Positions 16,752-26,899 of a stretch of 62,426 bases of DNA are shown one piece after another (position 1 is the stretch's first letter; each line of letters begins with the position of its first letter). The notes under the pieces are model-generated. The model ran no database searches. It was given only the letters and a program-made list of their open reading frames with translations, and was not told the DNA's origin. The DNA is from Minisyncoccia bacterium (lineage in GTDB: Bacteria > Patescibacteriota > Minisyncoccia > Phycocordibacterales > UBA918), in contig JBGSSW010000007.1 of NCBI GenBank assembly GCA_041736805.1, positions 1 to 62,426 on the forward strand. Direction: 5' to 3'. A program made the translations under genes and the position numbers.

Positions 16752-16822
16752 ATTTTAAATTAACAAGTTTTTTTAAAAAAAGTAGTAAATTTCTTAGTTA
16801 GTCGCGGTATACTACTAGTGAC

Positions 16823-18169
16823 ATGGCACGAAATCTTTCACGCGTTGATGCTTCAGAGAATGAGCGTTATAGTCTTGAATACGTACTTGAAAAAGAAAAA
16901 AGAGACAAAGATAATACTCGGTATTTATCTGTGGCTGAAGCCGTAAATGAAGAAGCTGTTTATGAAGTAAAATCAGACCGTGACATCACGCGAATACTTT
17001 TTATTTCACAAGATGAGTCACTCCTCAATCCGGTCCAACAATCCCTAGACGGGTATATTAATTTGTCGGACTTATTCGATGAGGTTCATATTCTTATTCT
17101 AAGACAAGGTATTGAAGCTAAAAATCCGGTTTTACGCTTGGCTAAAAATATGTGGCTTTATACAGCGACCGATAAAAATTGGTGGGAAGTACCATTTAGA
17201 GGGAAAGACTTAGTTGAAGGGCAATTAGTTTTTGCTGAAGGTTTTAGGCCCGATATTATTGTGGCCCGTGATCCATTTGAGTCAGCGGCTTTGGCTATTT
17301 ACTTGGGTAAAAAATTTAGTCGCCCGGTTCAGATTCATGTCTTGGAGGATTATACGAGCGAGGATTTTTTGAAAAAGAATAGGCATAATCGTTGGCGAAG
17401 ATACTTTCCTCGTTTTACTATCCCCAGAGCCATTAGTCTCAGAACGACCACAAGGGGTATGTACGAATTTATCCTGGGTAAGTTTTCGGTGAAAGATATA
17501 TCAATCTTACCACGTTTCAATAATTACGAATCAATGATGTCTATTGAACCGACTTTGGATTTAAAGGCGAAGTATAAACCGTTTCTTTTTATCATGCTTT
17601 ATATAGGACGATTGGATTATCACAGTAGTTTTTTGCATCGAGTGATTGATGCCGCCCGGTCTGGACTTAGAAATCCGCATATTGGTTTAATTGTTATCGG
17701 TGATGGTCCGACAAAAAAAGAATTTGAAGAAAGGGCAAAATCTCTCGGCGTAAGTGAGCAAGTGGTATTCGAAACTCATGTTAGGGATGATGTTCCATAT
17801 CTAAAATCAGCCAATGTTCTATTGGTGCCAGATACTAATACTGAAAGTGAAGAGGTGGTGTTACGTGGCGCAGCTGCTGGGATTCCAATGATAATGGCAC
17901 GTACGCCAATGCGGGAAGATGTTTTTATGGATGGAGAATCAGTCTTTCTCTGTAAGCCAGATGCGATTGATGAATATAGTTTAAAATTAAATATTCTAAT
18001 GAACGATATCCCTTTGCGAGAGCATATGGTTGAATCAGCTCAGGATATAATAAGAAGCAAGTTTCACGAAGATCCGGCAAAGTACCGCGCTGCCTACCGT
18101 TCTTGTATTGAAGAAGTTCTTTTCTTAGGAACAAGTTCAGATGATAAAGTAGAGGAAGTTGATACTTAA
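16823..18169 (+). CDS. Glycosyltransferase, GT-B fold (GT1/GT4-like)
   Basis: C-terminal GT-B segment LLVPDTNTESEEVVLRGAAAGIPMIMARTP. Confidence 0.7.
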   Translation: MARNLSRVDASENERYSLEYVLEKEKRDKDNTRYLSVAEAVNEEAVYEVKSDRDITRILFISQDESLLNPVQQSLDGYINLSDLFDEVHILILRQGIEAKNPVLRLAKNMWLYTATDKNWWEVPFRGKDLVEGQLVFAEGFRPDIIVARDPFESAALAIYLGKKFSRPVQIHVLEDYTSEDFLKKNRHNRWRRYFPRFTIPRAISLRTTTRGMYEFILGKFSVKDISILPRFNNYESMMSIEPTLDLKAKYKPFLFIMLYIGRLDYHSSFLHRVIDAARSGLRNPHIGLIVIGDGPTKKEFEERAKSLGVSEQVVFETHVRDDVPYLKSANVLLVPDTNTESEEVVLRGAAAGIPMIMARTPMREDVFMDGESVFLCKPDAIDEYSLKLNILMNDIPLREHMVESAQDIIRSKFHEDPAKYRAAYRSCIEEVLFLGTSSDDKVEEVDT

Positions 18170-18177
18170 ATTTTAAT

Positions 18178-19035
18178 ATGCGTGCCCAAAGAAAATTAGT
18201 TTCATTTATCGGTCTCGGTTCTCATAATGCCGCCGCTCTTTTGTATTCATATATTAAACTTCATCCCAAAGTTTGTTTACCTGAAAAGGCCTTAGAATTC
18301 TTCAGTGATACAAAAGTGTATAGTCAGGGAATTATTTGGTACGAAAATCAGTTTAAGAATTATGTTGCAGATACTGTTTGTGGAGATTTGGCCAGCAGCT
18401 ATTTGAGTAGTCAGGCAGCCGTCTCACTTATTCCTCGCACCTACCCATCAGCAAAACTTTTGGCGGTAATTGAAAACCCCTTATTAAGTGTTCGGACGGC
18501 TTATGTGGAAGCCAGGCACGCCCGACTGATTTCACCTCAGGTATCATTGGCAATGTTTTTAAAGCAAAATCCTGAAGTCTTAGCCAGGGCAAGATACGGC
18601 CGTCAATTGGGAGAGTATTTTAGTTTTTACTCACCTAACGATTTATTAGTTATTGTGAATTCTGAATTAAAAGCCGACACTCTTGCTACTTTGGCAAGAG
18701 TTTACGAACATATTGGGGTCGATAAAAGTTTTGTTCCATTGATTTTAAGACACCTCATCCCGGATGAAGAGGGGGAGTCAGTCAAGCGTCCGGGAATTAT
18801 AAAACGTATTTTTAGAGGTATTAAAATGTTAATCAAGAATTCTTTTTTATTTATTGCCAAGAAAATGAATCCTCCAGCGCAGTCAGTCGAGGCCGCTTCT
18901 ATTACGGCTAGTAAACTTAATCTGTCTCCGGAGCTGAAAGCTTATCTGCTAAATTATTATCGCCAGGATGTTTTTATGTTGTCACACTTACTTCACCGCA
19001 ACTTAAATGTCGAGTGGGGATTTGAAGTAGAGTAA
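18178..19035 (+). CDS. Sulfotransferase-like protein with non-canonical PAPS-binding motifs
   Basis: Overall sulfotransferase layout: FIGLGSHNAAALLYSYIKLHP in place of PKxGTT, and IENPLLSVRTAY in place of RNPxxRxxS. Confidence 0.5.
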   Translation: MRAQRKLVSFIGLGSHNAAALLYSYIKLHPKVCLPEKALEFFSDTKVYSQGIIWYENQFKNYVADTVCGDLASSYLSSQAAVSLIPRTYPSAKLLAVIENPLLSVRTAYVEARHARLISPQVSLAMFLKQNPEVLARARYGRQLGEYFSFYSPNDLLVIVNSELKADTLATLARVYEHIGVDKSFVPLILRHLIPDEEGESVKRPGIIKRIFRGIKMLIKNSFLFIAKKMNPPAQSVEAASITASKLNLSPELKAYLLNYYRQDVFMLSHLLHRNLNVEWGFEVE

Positions 19036-19091
19036 ACAGTCATTTCTGGGACTTTAACCTTTTTTAACACTTCAGTGTTAAGATTATAGAT

Positions 19092-20036
19092 ATGAAAATA
19101 TTAGTAACTGGCGGTGCGGGCTATATTGGCTCAGCTTGTGTGGATGTACTCGTCGAGGCAGGACACTCAGTGGTTGTTTTTGACAATCTTTCTACTGGGC
19201 AAGCAGATAAGGTGTCGGACAACGCCTTATTGTTAAGGGGGGATTTGGTTGATAAAGCCGCTGTCATGCAACTCTGTTCAGAATATCAATTTGACTCAGT
19301 CATTCATTTTGCGGCTAAAAAGGCGGTGGCTGAGAGTGAAGAAAATCCTTCCTTATATTTTGAAAATAATGTGGTGGGGACGTTCAATTTACTTAATGCT
19401 ATTGACCATTACAAGATTCCTAAATTAATTTTTTCCTCCACTGCTGCAGTCTATACAAATTTTGAAAGTGAGCCTGTAACAGAAACTACCAAGACAGACC
19501 CAGCTAGTGTGTACGGAGCCTCAAAATTAATGGTTGAAGATATGATTAATGCCTATAGAAGAACTGGTAAATTAGAATCTTTTTCCATCTTGCGTTATTT
19601 TAATGTGGCGGGGGATGCTGGTCTAAATTATAAAGAAGAAAAAGCGCAAAATGTTTTTCCAATTATCGCTAGAAGTATAAAAAATGGGGAACCTTTCAAT
19701 ATCTTTGGAACAGACTACGACACTATTGATGGTACCGGGGTACGTGATTACATTCATCTTAGAGATTTGGTTGAGGCTCATGTTTTTGCTTTATTGACTG
19801 AAACTACAGGTACCTATAATTTAGGCACTGGCACCGGTTACAGTGTAAGACAATTGGTGGCTGAGTTTGAACGTCAGCTTGGAAAGAAGGTGCTGGTTGC
19901 TGAACAACCACGGCGAGCAGGCGATGTCGCCGCTGTGGTAGCCGACGCGTCTTTGGCTGAAACTGCCTTAGGATGGAAACCTAAGCTAAATTTAGCAGAT
20001 ATGGTTGAGGACACACTTAGGGTTTACGGAGCTTAA
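19092..20036 (+). CDS. galE: UDP-glucose 4-epimerase
   Basis: ILVTGGAGYIGS Rossmann motif, catalytic YGASK and DGTGVRDYIH. Confidence 0.88.
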   Translation: MKILVTGGAGYIGSACVDVLVEAGHSVVVFDNLSTGQADKVSDNALLLRGDLVDKAAVMQLCSEYQFDSVIHFAAKKAVAESEENPSLYFENNVVGTFNLLNAIDHYKIPKLIFSSTAAVYTNFESEPVTETTKTDPASVYGASKLMVEDMINAYRRTGKLESFSILRYFNVAGDAGLNYKEEKAQNVFPIIARSIKNGEPFNIFGTDYDTIDGTGVRDYIHLRDLVEAHVFALLTETTGTYNLGTGTGYSVRQLVAEFERQLGKKVLVAEQPRRAGDVAAVVADASLAETALGWKPKLNLADMVEDTLRVYGA

Positions 20037-20827
20037 TTTTTCTTAAAAATTAGTTGCAGCCTAGCTCGAAGTAGTCGTATTGAGCTAAAAATCTTGGCTT
20101 GCCGTGCATGGGGATAGTTTTCTTGATGTTTAGAGATAATTTTAGCCACTGCTAAAGCCATTTTTATACCGCGGTCGTTTTGGCTTCCAGCATGAACTCG
20201 GTGAGCTGTGGCCAAAACTGTTAGGTTAGCAAAATAGCCAAGCTTACCAAGTTGTAAAATTAACTCCAGGTCTTCAGCTAGAGTTGGCTGGTATCCGTTA
20301 GTTTGCCTTAGTTTTTCTGTTCGTATTAAAAGACTGGAGTGAGTAAATTGATTTCGGACTAGGATTTTCTCTCTAATCTGGTTGTCATTGGTGGCGAAAG
20401 TGCATTGTCCAATATCTTTACCGTTTTCGTCAATAAGTTTAGCCATTGTCCCGACTACAACATGGCTCTGATTTTTTTCTAGAAAGTCTACTTGTTTAGT
20501 TAGTTTTTCATTATCAAGCCACAGATCATCACTATCTAAGATGGCAACATATTTACCTTTAGGGTAAGTGGCGGATTCCTCTCGACGAGCAAATAATCCA
20601 ACGTTTTGTCTGTGTTTAATATAATTTATCCTTGGCTCAGAAAAGGAATTTACTACTTCTTCGGTATTGTCGCTGGAGCCATCATCAATAATAATTAATT
20701 CCCAGTTTTGGTGGGTTTGAGCTATGACACTAGAAATGGCTTCTCTAATAAAATGAGCTCGGTTGTAGGTGAGCATTAAAATGCTAACTAAGGGACCACT
20801 ATTATTTATTTGGCTAGTTGTATCCAT
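20033..20827 (-). CDS. Glycosyltransferase family 2
   Basis: VSILMLTYNRAHFIREAISSV..ELIIIDDGSSDNT and a DSDD motif. Confidence 0.85.
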   Translation of the reverse strand: MDTTSQINNSGPLVSILMLTYNRAHFIREAISSVIAQTHQNWELIIIDDGSSDNTEEVVNSFSEPRINYIKHRQNVGLFARREESATYPKGKYVAILDSDDLWLDNEKLTKQVDFLEKNQSHVVVGTMAKLIDENGKDIGQCTFATNDNQIREKILVRNQFTHSSLLIRTEKLRQTNGYQPTLAEDLELILQLGKLGYFANLTVLATAHRVHAGSQNDRGIKMALAVAKIISKHQENYPHARQAKIFSSIRLLRARLQLIFKKN

Positions 20828-21669
20828 GTATCAGGAATTAGGTCTTTATCATAAGTTACTTTATCAAACCATGGAGTTGGAGCAATGACAATTTTATCTG
20901 GATTTTGATTTAGCCAGGCTGCCCACCAACTAAAACTACTGTTAGCAATGATATTATGTTTACATTTACTCATTAAAAATAACTCCTCCGCATCCGAATT
21001 TGTAGGCTCAGAAACGAAGACCGTATTGGGGTTGACCTTTATATTATCTTTAACCCACGCTATGTCGTCAGAAAAAACAAAAAATTTTCCATCAAGCACT
21101 TCATTTTGTAACCTATCAATAGCTAACTTGTAATAATTAGCTGAACAGGGTCCAAACTGCTTTTTAATGACAGGCCTTTTTATGTAGTCACCACGTCTTA
21201 TATGAACGGAGATTGAGTTATTGGATTTAATCTGCTCGAGAATATAGTTTCCATATTCAGAACATAGTTTTAGAGTAAATTCAGTTAATAGATTTTCTCT
21301 GATATTTTGAAAAAATAGAGGTGATTGCCAATAACCATCAAGGTAAAGGTCGCCTGTTTGGTTTAGGTAGACATCTTTAAATGAATTTGAGGGGTCGCCT
21401 CCTAAGACCGTTCGGATTCTCTTTTTAATTTTCCTTATTAAACCCTCTGGTTTTTTAAGGACAGCAATCTCGGCTGCGGTCGCGAGATCATTTTTAATGT
21501 TAAATGAATTCAAGCTAAAGGGTCGATATGTATTGCCAATTTCAGAAGCGCGACTAAGATTGGAAGTATCAAGTTTTAGGGTATCAGTATTTTTAATGGC
21601 TAAAGCACGACCAAAGGCATACTGAAACATTTGGTTTCCTAATCCACCCTTAAGATTAATAATAATCAT
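20806..21669 (-). CDS. Alpha-1,2-fucosyltransferase (GT11)
   Basis: GGLGNQMFQYAFGRAL, HIRRGDY and SFSWWAAWL, the three GT11 signature motifs. Confidence 0.85.
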   Translation of the reverse strand: MIIINLKGGLGNQMFQYAFGRALAIKNTDTLKLDTSNLSRASEIGNTYRPFSLNSFNIKNDLATAAEIAVLKKPEGLIRKIKKRIRTVLGGDPSNSFKDVYLNQTGDLYLDGYWQSPLFFQNIRENLLTEFTLKLCSEYGNYILEQIKSNNSISVHIRRGDYIKRPVIKKQFGPCSANYYKLAIDRLQNEVLDGKFFVFSDDIAWVKDNIKVNPNTVFVSEPTNSDAEELFLMSKCKHNIIANSSFSWWAAWLNQNPDKIVIAPTPWFDKVTYDKDLIPDTWIQLAK

Positions 21670-21671
21670 AT

Positions 21672-22415
21672 TTAAATAGGCTTCTTAAACCAGAAACAAC
21701 CGCAGGCATAAGTCTCATTCACTAGCTCCCTCGGGTCGGCGTTTTCGTGAATACCATCTGTCCCTCTTTCTGGAACAAAAGAAAATTCTTCTAGCATCAA
21801 GTTGGGGAACATCGAGATGACTAGCTCGTAGGTATAGATGCGGTGAGCGTTAAATTGAATTACTGCCTCACGACCAACTGGCGTTACAAAAAGTAGTGAC
21901 CCGCCTGGGGCTAGGACACGTGATAGTTCAAGGCAAGCTTTAATATCACCTTGAGGATCAATCGGGTCACCATAACGACCAAGGCCAACGTGCTCAATAG
22001 TATGCAAGCAAGATAAGGAGGAGATGGTATCAGAGGAAAAATGCAGGGCAGTAAGGTCGGCGTGCTTGGTACTTAAGTTACTTAAATTAAGTGGCGCTGG
22101 ACGATAGTCGAAAAATTCTACAGGAATAAAAGCCGAGACAATACCAGGAAAATATAAGCTAGAGGCAATATCGACGTGTTTTTCTGGAGCTATTTGTTTT
22201 ACTTTTCTAGCCGCCCACGCCGTATGGTAGACGTAGTGTCTATCAAAACCAGTGGTGACGGTCTTATCAAATACCTGTGGGAAAAAATCCCTGGTCTCTA
22301 GTCTAAATCTGGGTGTACTGTCGAGCTTTTTAAACTCACGGTAATCAAAAATTACTAAAGGACTAAGGAGGAGGTTTTTTAGCCGCTTGTATATTTGTTT
22401 AGCTAGTTTGTACAT
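21672..22415 (-). CDS. SAM-dependent methyltransferase, DUF268-like
   Basis: LHTIEHVGLGRYGDPIDPQGD and LAPGGSLLF segments are typical of DUF268 class I methyltransferases. Confidence 0.65.
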   Translation of the reverse strand: MYKLAKQIYKRLKNLLLSPLVIFDYREFKKLDSTPRFRLETRDFFPQVFDKTVTTGFDRHYVYHTAWAARKVKQIAPEKHVDIASSLYFPGIVSAFIPVEFFDYRPAPLNLSNLSTKHADLTALHFSSDTISSLSCLHTIEHVGLGRYGDPIDPQGDIKACLELSRVLAPGGSLLFVTPVGREAVIQFNAHRIYTYELVISMFPNLMLEEFSFVPERGTDGIHENADPRELVNETYACGCFWFKKPI

Positions 22416-22487
22416 AATTATTGAGTTTATTTTTTGGTATACAAACTAGATTTTTTAATTATCTCTGTCCTTAACATAAGTGCTATC

Positions 22488-23540
22488 TTAACTCATTATC
22501 TGTCTAATCGCATCCTTAGTTTTGGTCATAAAACTGAAGATAAGGGTGGCATTTTGCCATTTCTTATTAGTAGTTAAAGTCTCATTCCTTAGCACCCCTT
22601 CATTTTGTTTAAAATGATTTTTGTAAATATCCATAAAAGCCTGGGCCTGTTTAGAGAGACTTAAATTATTGAGAATGTATTGTCGAGGGGAGAAGGTAGG
22701 TAAGGTATTCAAAAATATGGTGAGGGAAGATTCAAGTTCATTTTTCTGCTTAAAAATAAGACCACAGCTACTATCAAAATAGGGGACAGCGGTTGCTTCA
22801 GTAAAAGCGAGTTGCTCCGGAGAAAAGATTTCATGTCCAGCTCCTTCCCATTGGCCAAAGTTAGTCACATCCCAAATCAAAGCCGGGACATTGGCAGACA
22901 GAGCTTCCAAAAGGCCGATTCCTTGGCTTTCAGAGCGGCCCACCCAGATAATGGCTTTAGCTTGCTCCAGGTAGGCCAAATAGTCACTTTCACGATATTT
23001 ACCATATCTAATGACCCGATATTTCTCCTGGCGATTTTCTAGAGCCTTACAGATAGCTTCTATGTCAGCGTCTGGCCTTTGCTTGTTATAAACTAGGATT
23101 AAGTCCTTTTTAACCGTTTGCTTGGGAGAAAATTTGTTGGTATCGACACCAACCGGCCAGACTGCACTCGAAATATCTCCACGCCCAGATTTACGCCAAA
23201 ATGACTCCACCCAACTAGCGGGGTGAAGCCAGATTAACTTATCAGTAGCTAGTTCGCTAGGAATTTCCTTTGGCAAGGTATAAATATTTGGCCCAGCCAC
23301 GATGGCAATTTCTGGGGGTAATTTACTAGCCGCCAGTAAAGCTTTGGGGTCGTCGTGAATCCAGAGAGTCTGCGTGGCTGACAAATCGGCATTAACTACA
23401 TAGGGATAACCAAGTTCATCTAGGCCATTAATTAAGTTGGCTACTACCTTGCGTGGCCCTCGGTTATGTTTGGAAACCAGTGAACGGGAAATGATATTAA
23501 GCATGCTTTTGGAAAAGGTGGTCGTAATTATTGGTCTCAA
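22488..23540 (-). CDS. Glycosyltransferase, GT-B-like
   Basis: C-terminal GRSESQGIGLLEALSANVPALIWD. An alternative start at ATG 23504 would overlap the upstream stop as ATGCTTAA. Confidence 0.6.
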   Translation of the reverse strand: MRPIITTTFSKSMLNIISRSLVSKHNRGPRKVVANLINGLDELGYPYVVNADLSATQTLWIHDDPKALLAASKLPPEIAIVAGPNIYTLPKEIPSELATDKLIWLHPASWVESFWRKSGRGDISSAVWPVGVDTNKFSPKQTVKKDLILVYNKQRPDADIEAICKALENRQEKYRVIRYGKYRESDYLAYLEQAKAIIWVGRSESQGIGLLEALSANVPALIWDVTNFGQWEGAGHEIFSPEQLAFTEATAVPYFDSSCGLIFKQKNELESSLTIFLNTLPTFSPRQYILNNLSLSKQAQAFMDIYKNHFKQNEGVLRNETLTTNKKWQNATLIFSFMTKTKDAIRQIMS

Positions 23541-24324
23541 TTAACTTAAACCCAAAAGGAGCTAAAATAGTTTCAACTTTTAAAATTTCAGTAGTTTCTA
23601 TCATAATGCAGGAACCGCGTTTCATCTGGTTGAGTATTTTTTGCATGCCGTACAAGACTGGATGTTCAAAACCCTCAGTGTCAATTTTTACAAAACTTAC
23701 TCTACTTGGATTTAGGTTTAGTAGGATTTGGTCCAATGCCTCCACTTCAACTTTCATTTGTCCCTCTACCCCTTGATCAACTACTCTACCTCCACCCTTG
23801 TGCATCGGGTCAACTGTAAAATACATGGTATCCTTGCCGCCACCTAAGGCGACTTGATGACAGGTTACTTTTTCAGTTAATTTATTGAGGCTGATATTTT
23901 TTTCTAGAACTGAAAAAACTTCTAGATTTGGCTCAAAAGCATGAATGGCTTTATACCAATAGCGAGTAGGTGCAATTACTGAATAAATACCACGATTGGC
24001 TCCAATATCTATCAAGACGTCTTTTTCTAGGGGTCGGGACAACCAATCCCGGATGTCTTTTTCAAAATAGTCAGAGCAGATAGTGGTACTGTCGTCGAAA
24101 GCTTGCACTAAGAAAATACCACTTCTGTTTTTTATTACAAACTGTGACTTGGGCAATTTTAGAACAACCTTGTGAATTGCCCGATTGAAAAATTCATTAA
24201 CCTGCTGCAAAAGTGAAAAAAACTTTGTTAACCAAAAAGCAAAAAAATACTTAAAGGAAGAACCTTCAACTAGAGTGGTTCCAGAGTATTCCTTTTTTAG
24301 GATGAGTAATTTCTTAAGAGACAT
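23497..24324 (-). CDS. FkbM-family methyltransferase
   Basis: IDIGANRGIYS and VKIDTEGFEHPVL. Confidence 0.8.
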   Translation of the reverse strand: MSLKKLLILKKEYSGTTLVEGSSFKYFFAFWLTKFFSLLQQVNEFFNRAIHKVVLKLPKSQFVIKNRSGIFLVQAFDDSTTICSDYFEKDIRDWLSRPLEKDVLIDIGANRGIYSVIAPTRYWYKAIHAFEPNLEVFSVLEKNISLNKLTEKVTCHQVALGGGKDTMYFTVDPMHKGGGRVVDQGVEGQMKVEVEALDQILLNLNPSRVSFVKIDTEGFEHPVLYGMQKILNQMKRGSCIMIETTEILKVETILAPFGFKLIETNNYDHLFQKHA

Positions 24325-24325
24325 T

Positions 24326-26404
24326 TTAGCTCGTGGATTTATTTAATTTTTTTGACCAGAAATAATTTTTAATATATTGGAATAAAATAAATAAACTAGA
24401 GAAGGATAATAAAAATATATATGGTTGTATTGGCATTCGGTAACGGGCGTTACCATTTGGTCCAGCTAGTAAGACGGTAATAATAATCATACAGAATATC
24501 AATAATAATCCCCAAATTTGTTTATCTCCTCGCCATATCCCTACTATAACACTAATAGGCATTAGTATAGTTACAAGGGCCATAAAACCAGCGTCTGTAA
24601 ATGCTAGCAAATTATTTTTGATTAAATCTAAACTAATTCCATTAGAGTATATGTGCTGAATAAGCCAGGGAGTAGCAGAGAAAAACGGTCGACCCAGTTC
24701 AGTTAATTCGTTGTTAAACATCTTTATACCACTAGTTACAAGAGTCAGGATTGAGCGTTCTAAATGGAAGGTTAGGTAGGCGATTTTTTTGCCAGCCAGT
24801 TCATTTTGTATTTGTTTAGATTCAAAAGTACTAGCCTTATGTGAACCAATTTCGTAACCAGCCTCCCTAGTTTCACCCATTAGTTTTTCGGTAATGGTTA
24901 ACCAACCATGTTGAGCTTCAATATCCTTCGCAAGAAACTGTGGAATATAGTAGTAAAGAATATTAAAAGTTCCGGCGGTTGAAAGTGAGGGATGGTTGTA
25001 ATCTCTCGCATTGGCGTGAATCCATGGTGCCAAAATCATAAAAAAAGTGATAGATACTATCCCAGCTGAGATAATTCTTTGCCAAATATTATCTTTACTG
25101 ATGAGAGTGTAAGCAATAATAAAAGGAATGATGTATAGGAATGACGGTCTAATCAAAGTTGCAATCCCTGCTGTCGTGCCGATGGCTATGTACTCTAGAG
25201 TTTCTTTTTTTGGTAGAGTTAGTACTAACCAAAGAGATAAACTAGTAAAAAACATGAAGAGTGTTTCGCTTAATATTTGAGTGTTTAAGAAAGCGGTGGT
25301 TGGGTAAATGATATAGCAGAGAGTGGCTATAAAAGACACTTTGGTATTAGTTAATTTTTGACCAATACTGTAAATAAGTGGAATTGTTGCGAAAGCAATA
25401 ATTATTTGTAGAACGATAATAAAGTAGGGGCTATCTGAAATCGAAAAGGCTCCAGCTAAGAAGATTGGGTAGCCGGGGGTACGTAACCCTCTAGACATCT
25501 CATTATTTGCTAGTAGTGAGGCATCGTTATTTAAGATTGATTTTGCCATATCTACATAGCCAGCTGAGTCACCTCGTTCGTAATAAGAAAAGTTTGGGGA
25601 CATTCCGCTACTATTTACAGCACTAGCATGCCAAAAAAATATTCCAAAATAACTAACTAGAGCGACACACAATAAAGTAATTAGGGCAGTACTTGGGAGG
25701 AATTTTTTAAAAGATACTCTGTGTCCAATTCTTAATATTGCTATAAATCCTTTTAATCCATCCCTCACAACGTCCAATTTACTAATGCGGTCTGGATAAA
25801 AATTTTCCTGCCAGGGTATGGAAATTTCTTTTACAGATAGCCCAGATTGTTCAGCCTTAGTTAGTAATTCTATATCAAAAAACCAACCTTTTTCTTCACA
25901 CGAAGCTAATATTACCTGCCCCCTTTTATTTAGGGCTTTTAGACCACACTGGGTATCTGTAACATCGATACCTAAAATCAGTCGTCGAAATAGATTAAAT
26001 AAACGTGATGAAAATGTTCGAAGGAAAGCTCTTTGAAGTTTAGATGTATCTAATAGTCTAGATCCTATAGCTATATCAGTTCCGGATTCGACTGATTTTA
26101 TTAGTCCCGGTAGTGAACTAGGTGAGGCAGACAAGTCAGCATCAATAAAGCAAAAAATATCATCGCTACAGTGCTTTACTGCTTCCACTACAGCCGCTCC
26201 TTTGCCGCGAGTCTTAACTTCGAGTACAGATACGTTGGGTACTCTTCTTGCAAACTTGACAGTATCATCAGTTGATCCGTTGTCGGCAACAACAATTTTC
26301 CATTGATACTGAGACTCTTTGCGGCAAAAATCATTTATAGTTTTGAGAGTCTGCTCAATTATTGTGGCTTCGTTGTAAGCAGGTATGCAGACCGTGATTT
26401 TCAT
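24326..26404 (-). CDS. Fusion: polyprenol-phosphate glycosyltransferase (GT2, ArnC/DPM1-like) plus a GT-C membrane glycosyltransferase domain (ArnT/PMT-like)
   Basis: The N-terminal ~230 aa carry ITVCIPAYNE..VADNGSTDDT..IDADLS. The C-terminal ~450 aa form about 10 TM helices with the size and pattern of GT39/GT83. Confidence 0.75.
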   Translation of the reverse strand: MKITVCIPAYNEATIIEQTLKTINDFCRKESQYQWKIVVADNGSTDDTVKFARRVPNVSVLEVKTRGKGAAVVEAVKHCSDDIFCFIDADLSASPSSLPGLIKSVESGTDIAIGSRLLDTSKLQRAFLRTFSSRLFNLFRRLILGIDVTDTQCGLKALNKRGQVILASCEEKGWFFDIELLTKAEQSGLSVKEISIPWQENFYPDRISKLDVVRDGLKGFIAILRIGHRVSFKKFLPSTALITLLCVALVSYFGIFFWHASAVNSSGMSPNFSYYERGDSAGYVDMAKSILNNDASLLANNEMSRGLRTPGYPIFLAGAFSISDSPYFIIVLQIIIAFATIPLIYSIGQKLTNTKVSFIATLCYIIYPTTAFLNTQILSETLFMFFTSLSLWLVLTLPKKETLEYIAIGTTAGIATLIRPSFLYIIPFIIAYTLISKDNIWQRIISAGIVSITFFMILAPWIHANARDYNHPSLSTAGTFNILYYYIPQFLAKDIEAQHGWLTITEKLMGETREAGYEIGSHKASTFESKQIQNELAGKKIAYLTFHLERSILTLVTSGIKMFNNELTELGRPFFSATPWLIQHIYSNGISLDLIKNNLLAFTDAGFMALVTILMPISVIVGIWRGDKQIWGLLLIFCMIIITVLLAGPNGNARYRMPIQPYIFLLSFSSLFILFQYIKNYFWSKKLNKSTS

Positions 26405-26407
26405 AAC

Positions 26408-26800
26408 CTATGATTTAGTTATCTCAGTAGTGGTATTTAAAGTGGTATCACCTGCAATATTAATTAAAACTATACCCAAGATGAGTATTACAATACCGAC
26501 ATATTGCAGGGTAGTGAGTTTTTCATCCAATAAATGCCATGCAAAAAAAGTCATGATTAGTAAACTCATTCCAACGTGTACACTGTAGACAATACTAATC
26601 GGTAGAGCTCTAGCGGCTAAATTAAAAAAAACGAAAGATAATGCCAAGCAGAAAATTGAATAGGCAATAGTCCGTGCATAGACAGTCGGAACCCAGGCAT
26701 CGAATAACCCAAGTTGGACGTAGACATTTGAATGTTTGACCAACAGGGCGGCAACGGCATTTAGAGAAAAGGCCATAATCAGCCAAAGATAGGTATACAT
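26408..26800 (-). CDS. Small 4-TM SMR/EamA-like transporter (ArnE/ArnF-like candidate flippase)
   Basis: 130-aa ORF with four hydrophobic helices, 3 nt downstream of the GT2/GT-C fusion. Confidence 0.55.
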   Translation of the reverse strand: MYTYLWLIMAFSLNAVAALLVKHSNVYVQLGLFDAWVPTVYARTIAYSIFCLALSFVFFNLAARALPISIVYSVHVGMSLLIMTFFAWHLLDEKLTTLQYVGIVILILGIVLINIAGDTTLNTTTEITKS

Positions 26801-26899
26801 GGGTGCAATTGTAGCTTATTTTATAAAGGCATTCAATTTGTGATTATTATAAGCCACAATTTAAAAATTAGTCTATATTAATAGGTACTTGTATAGGGA

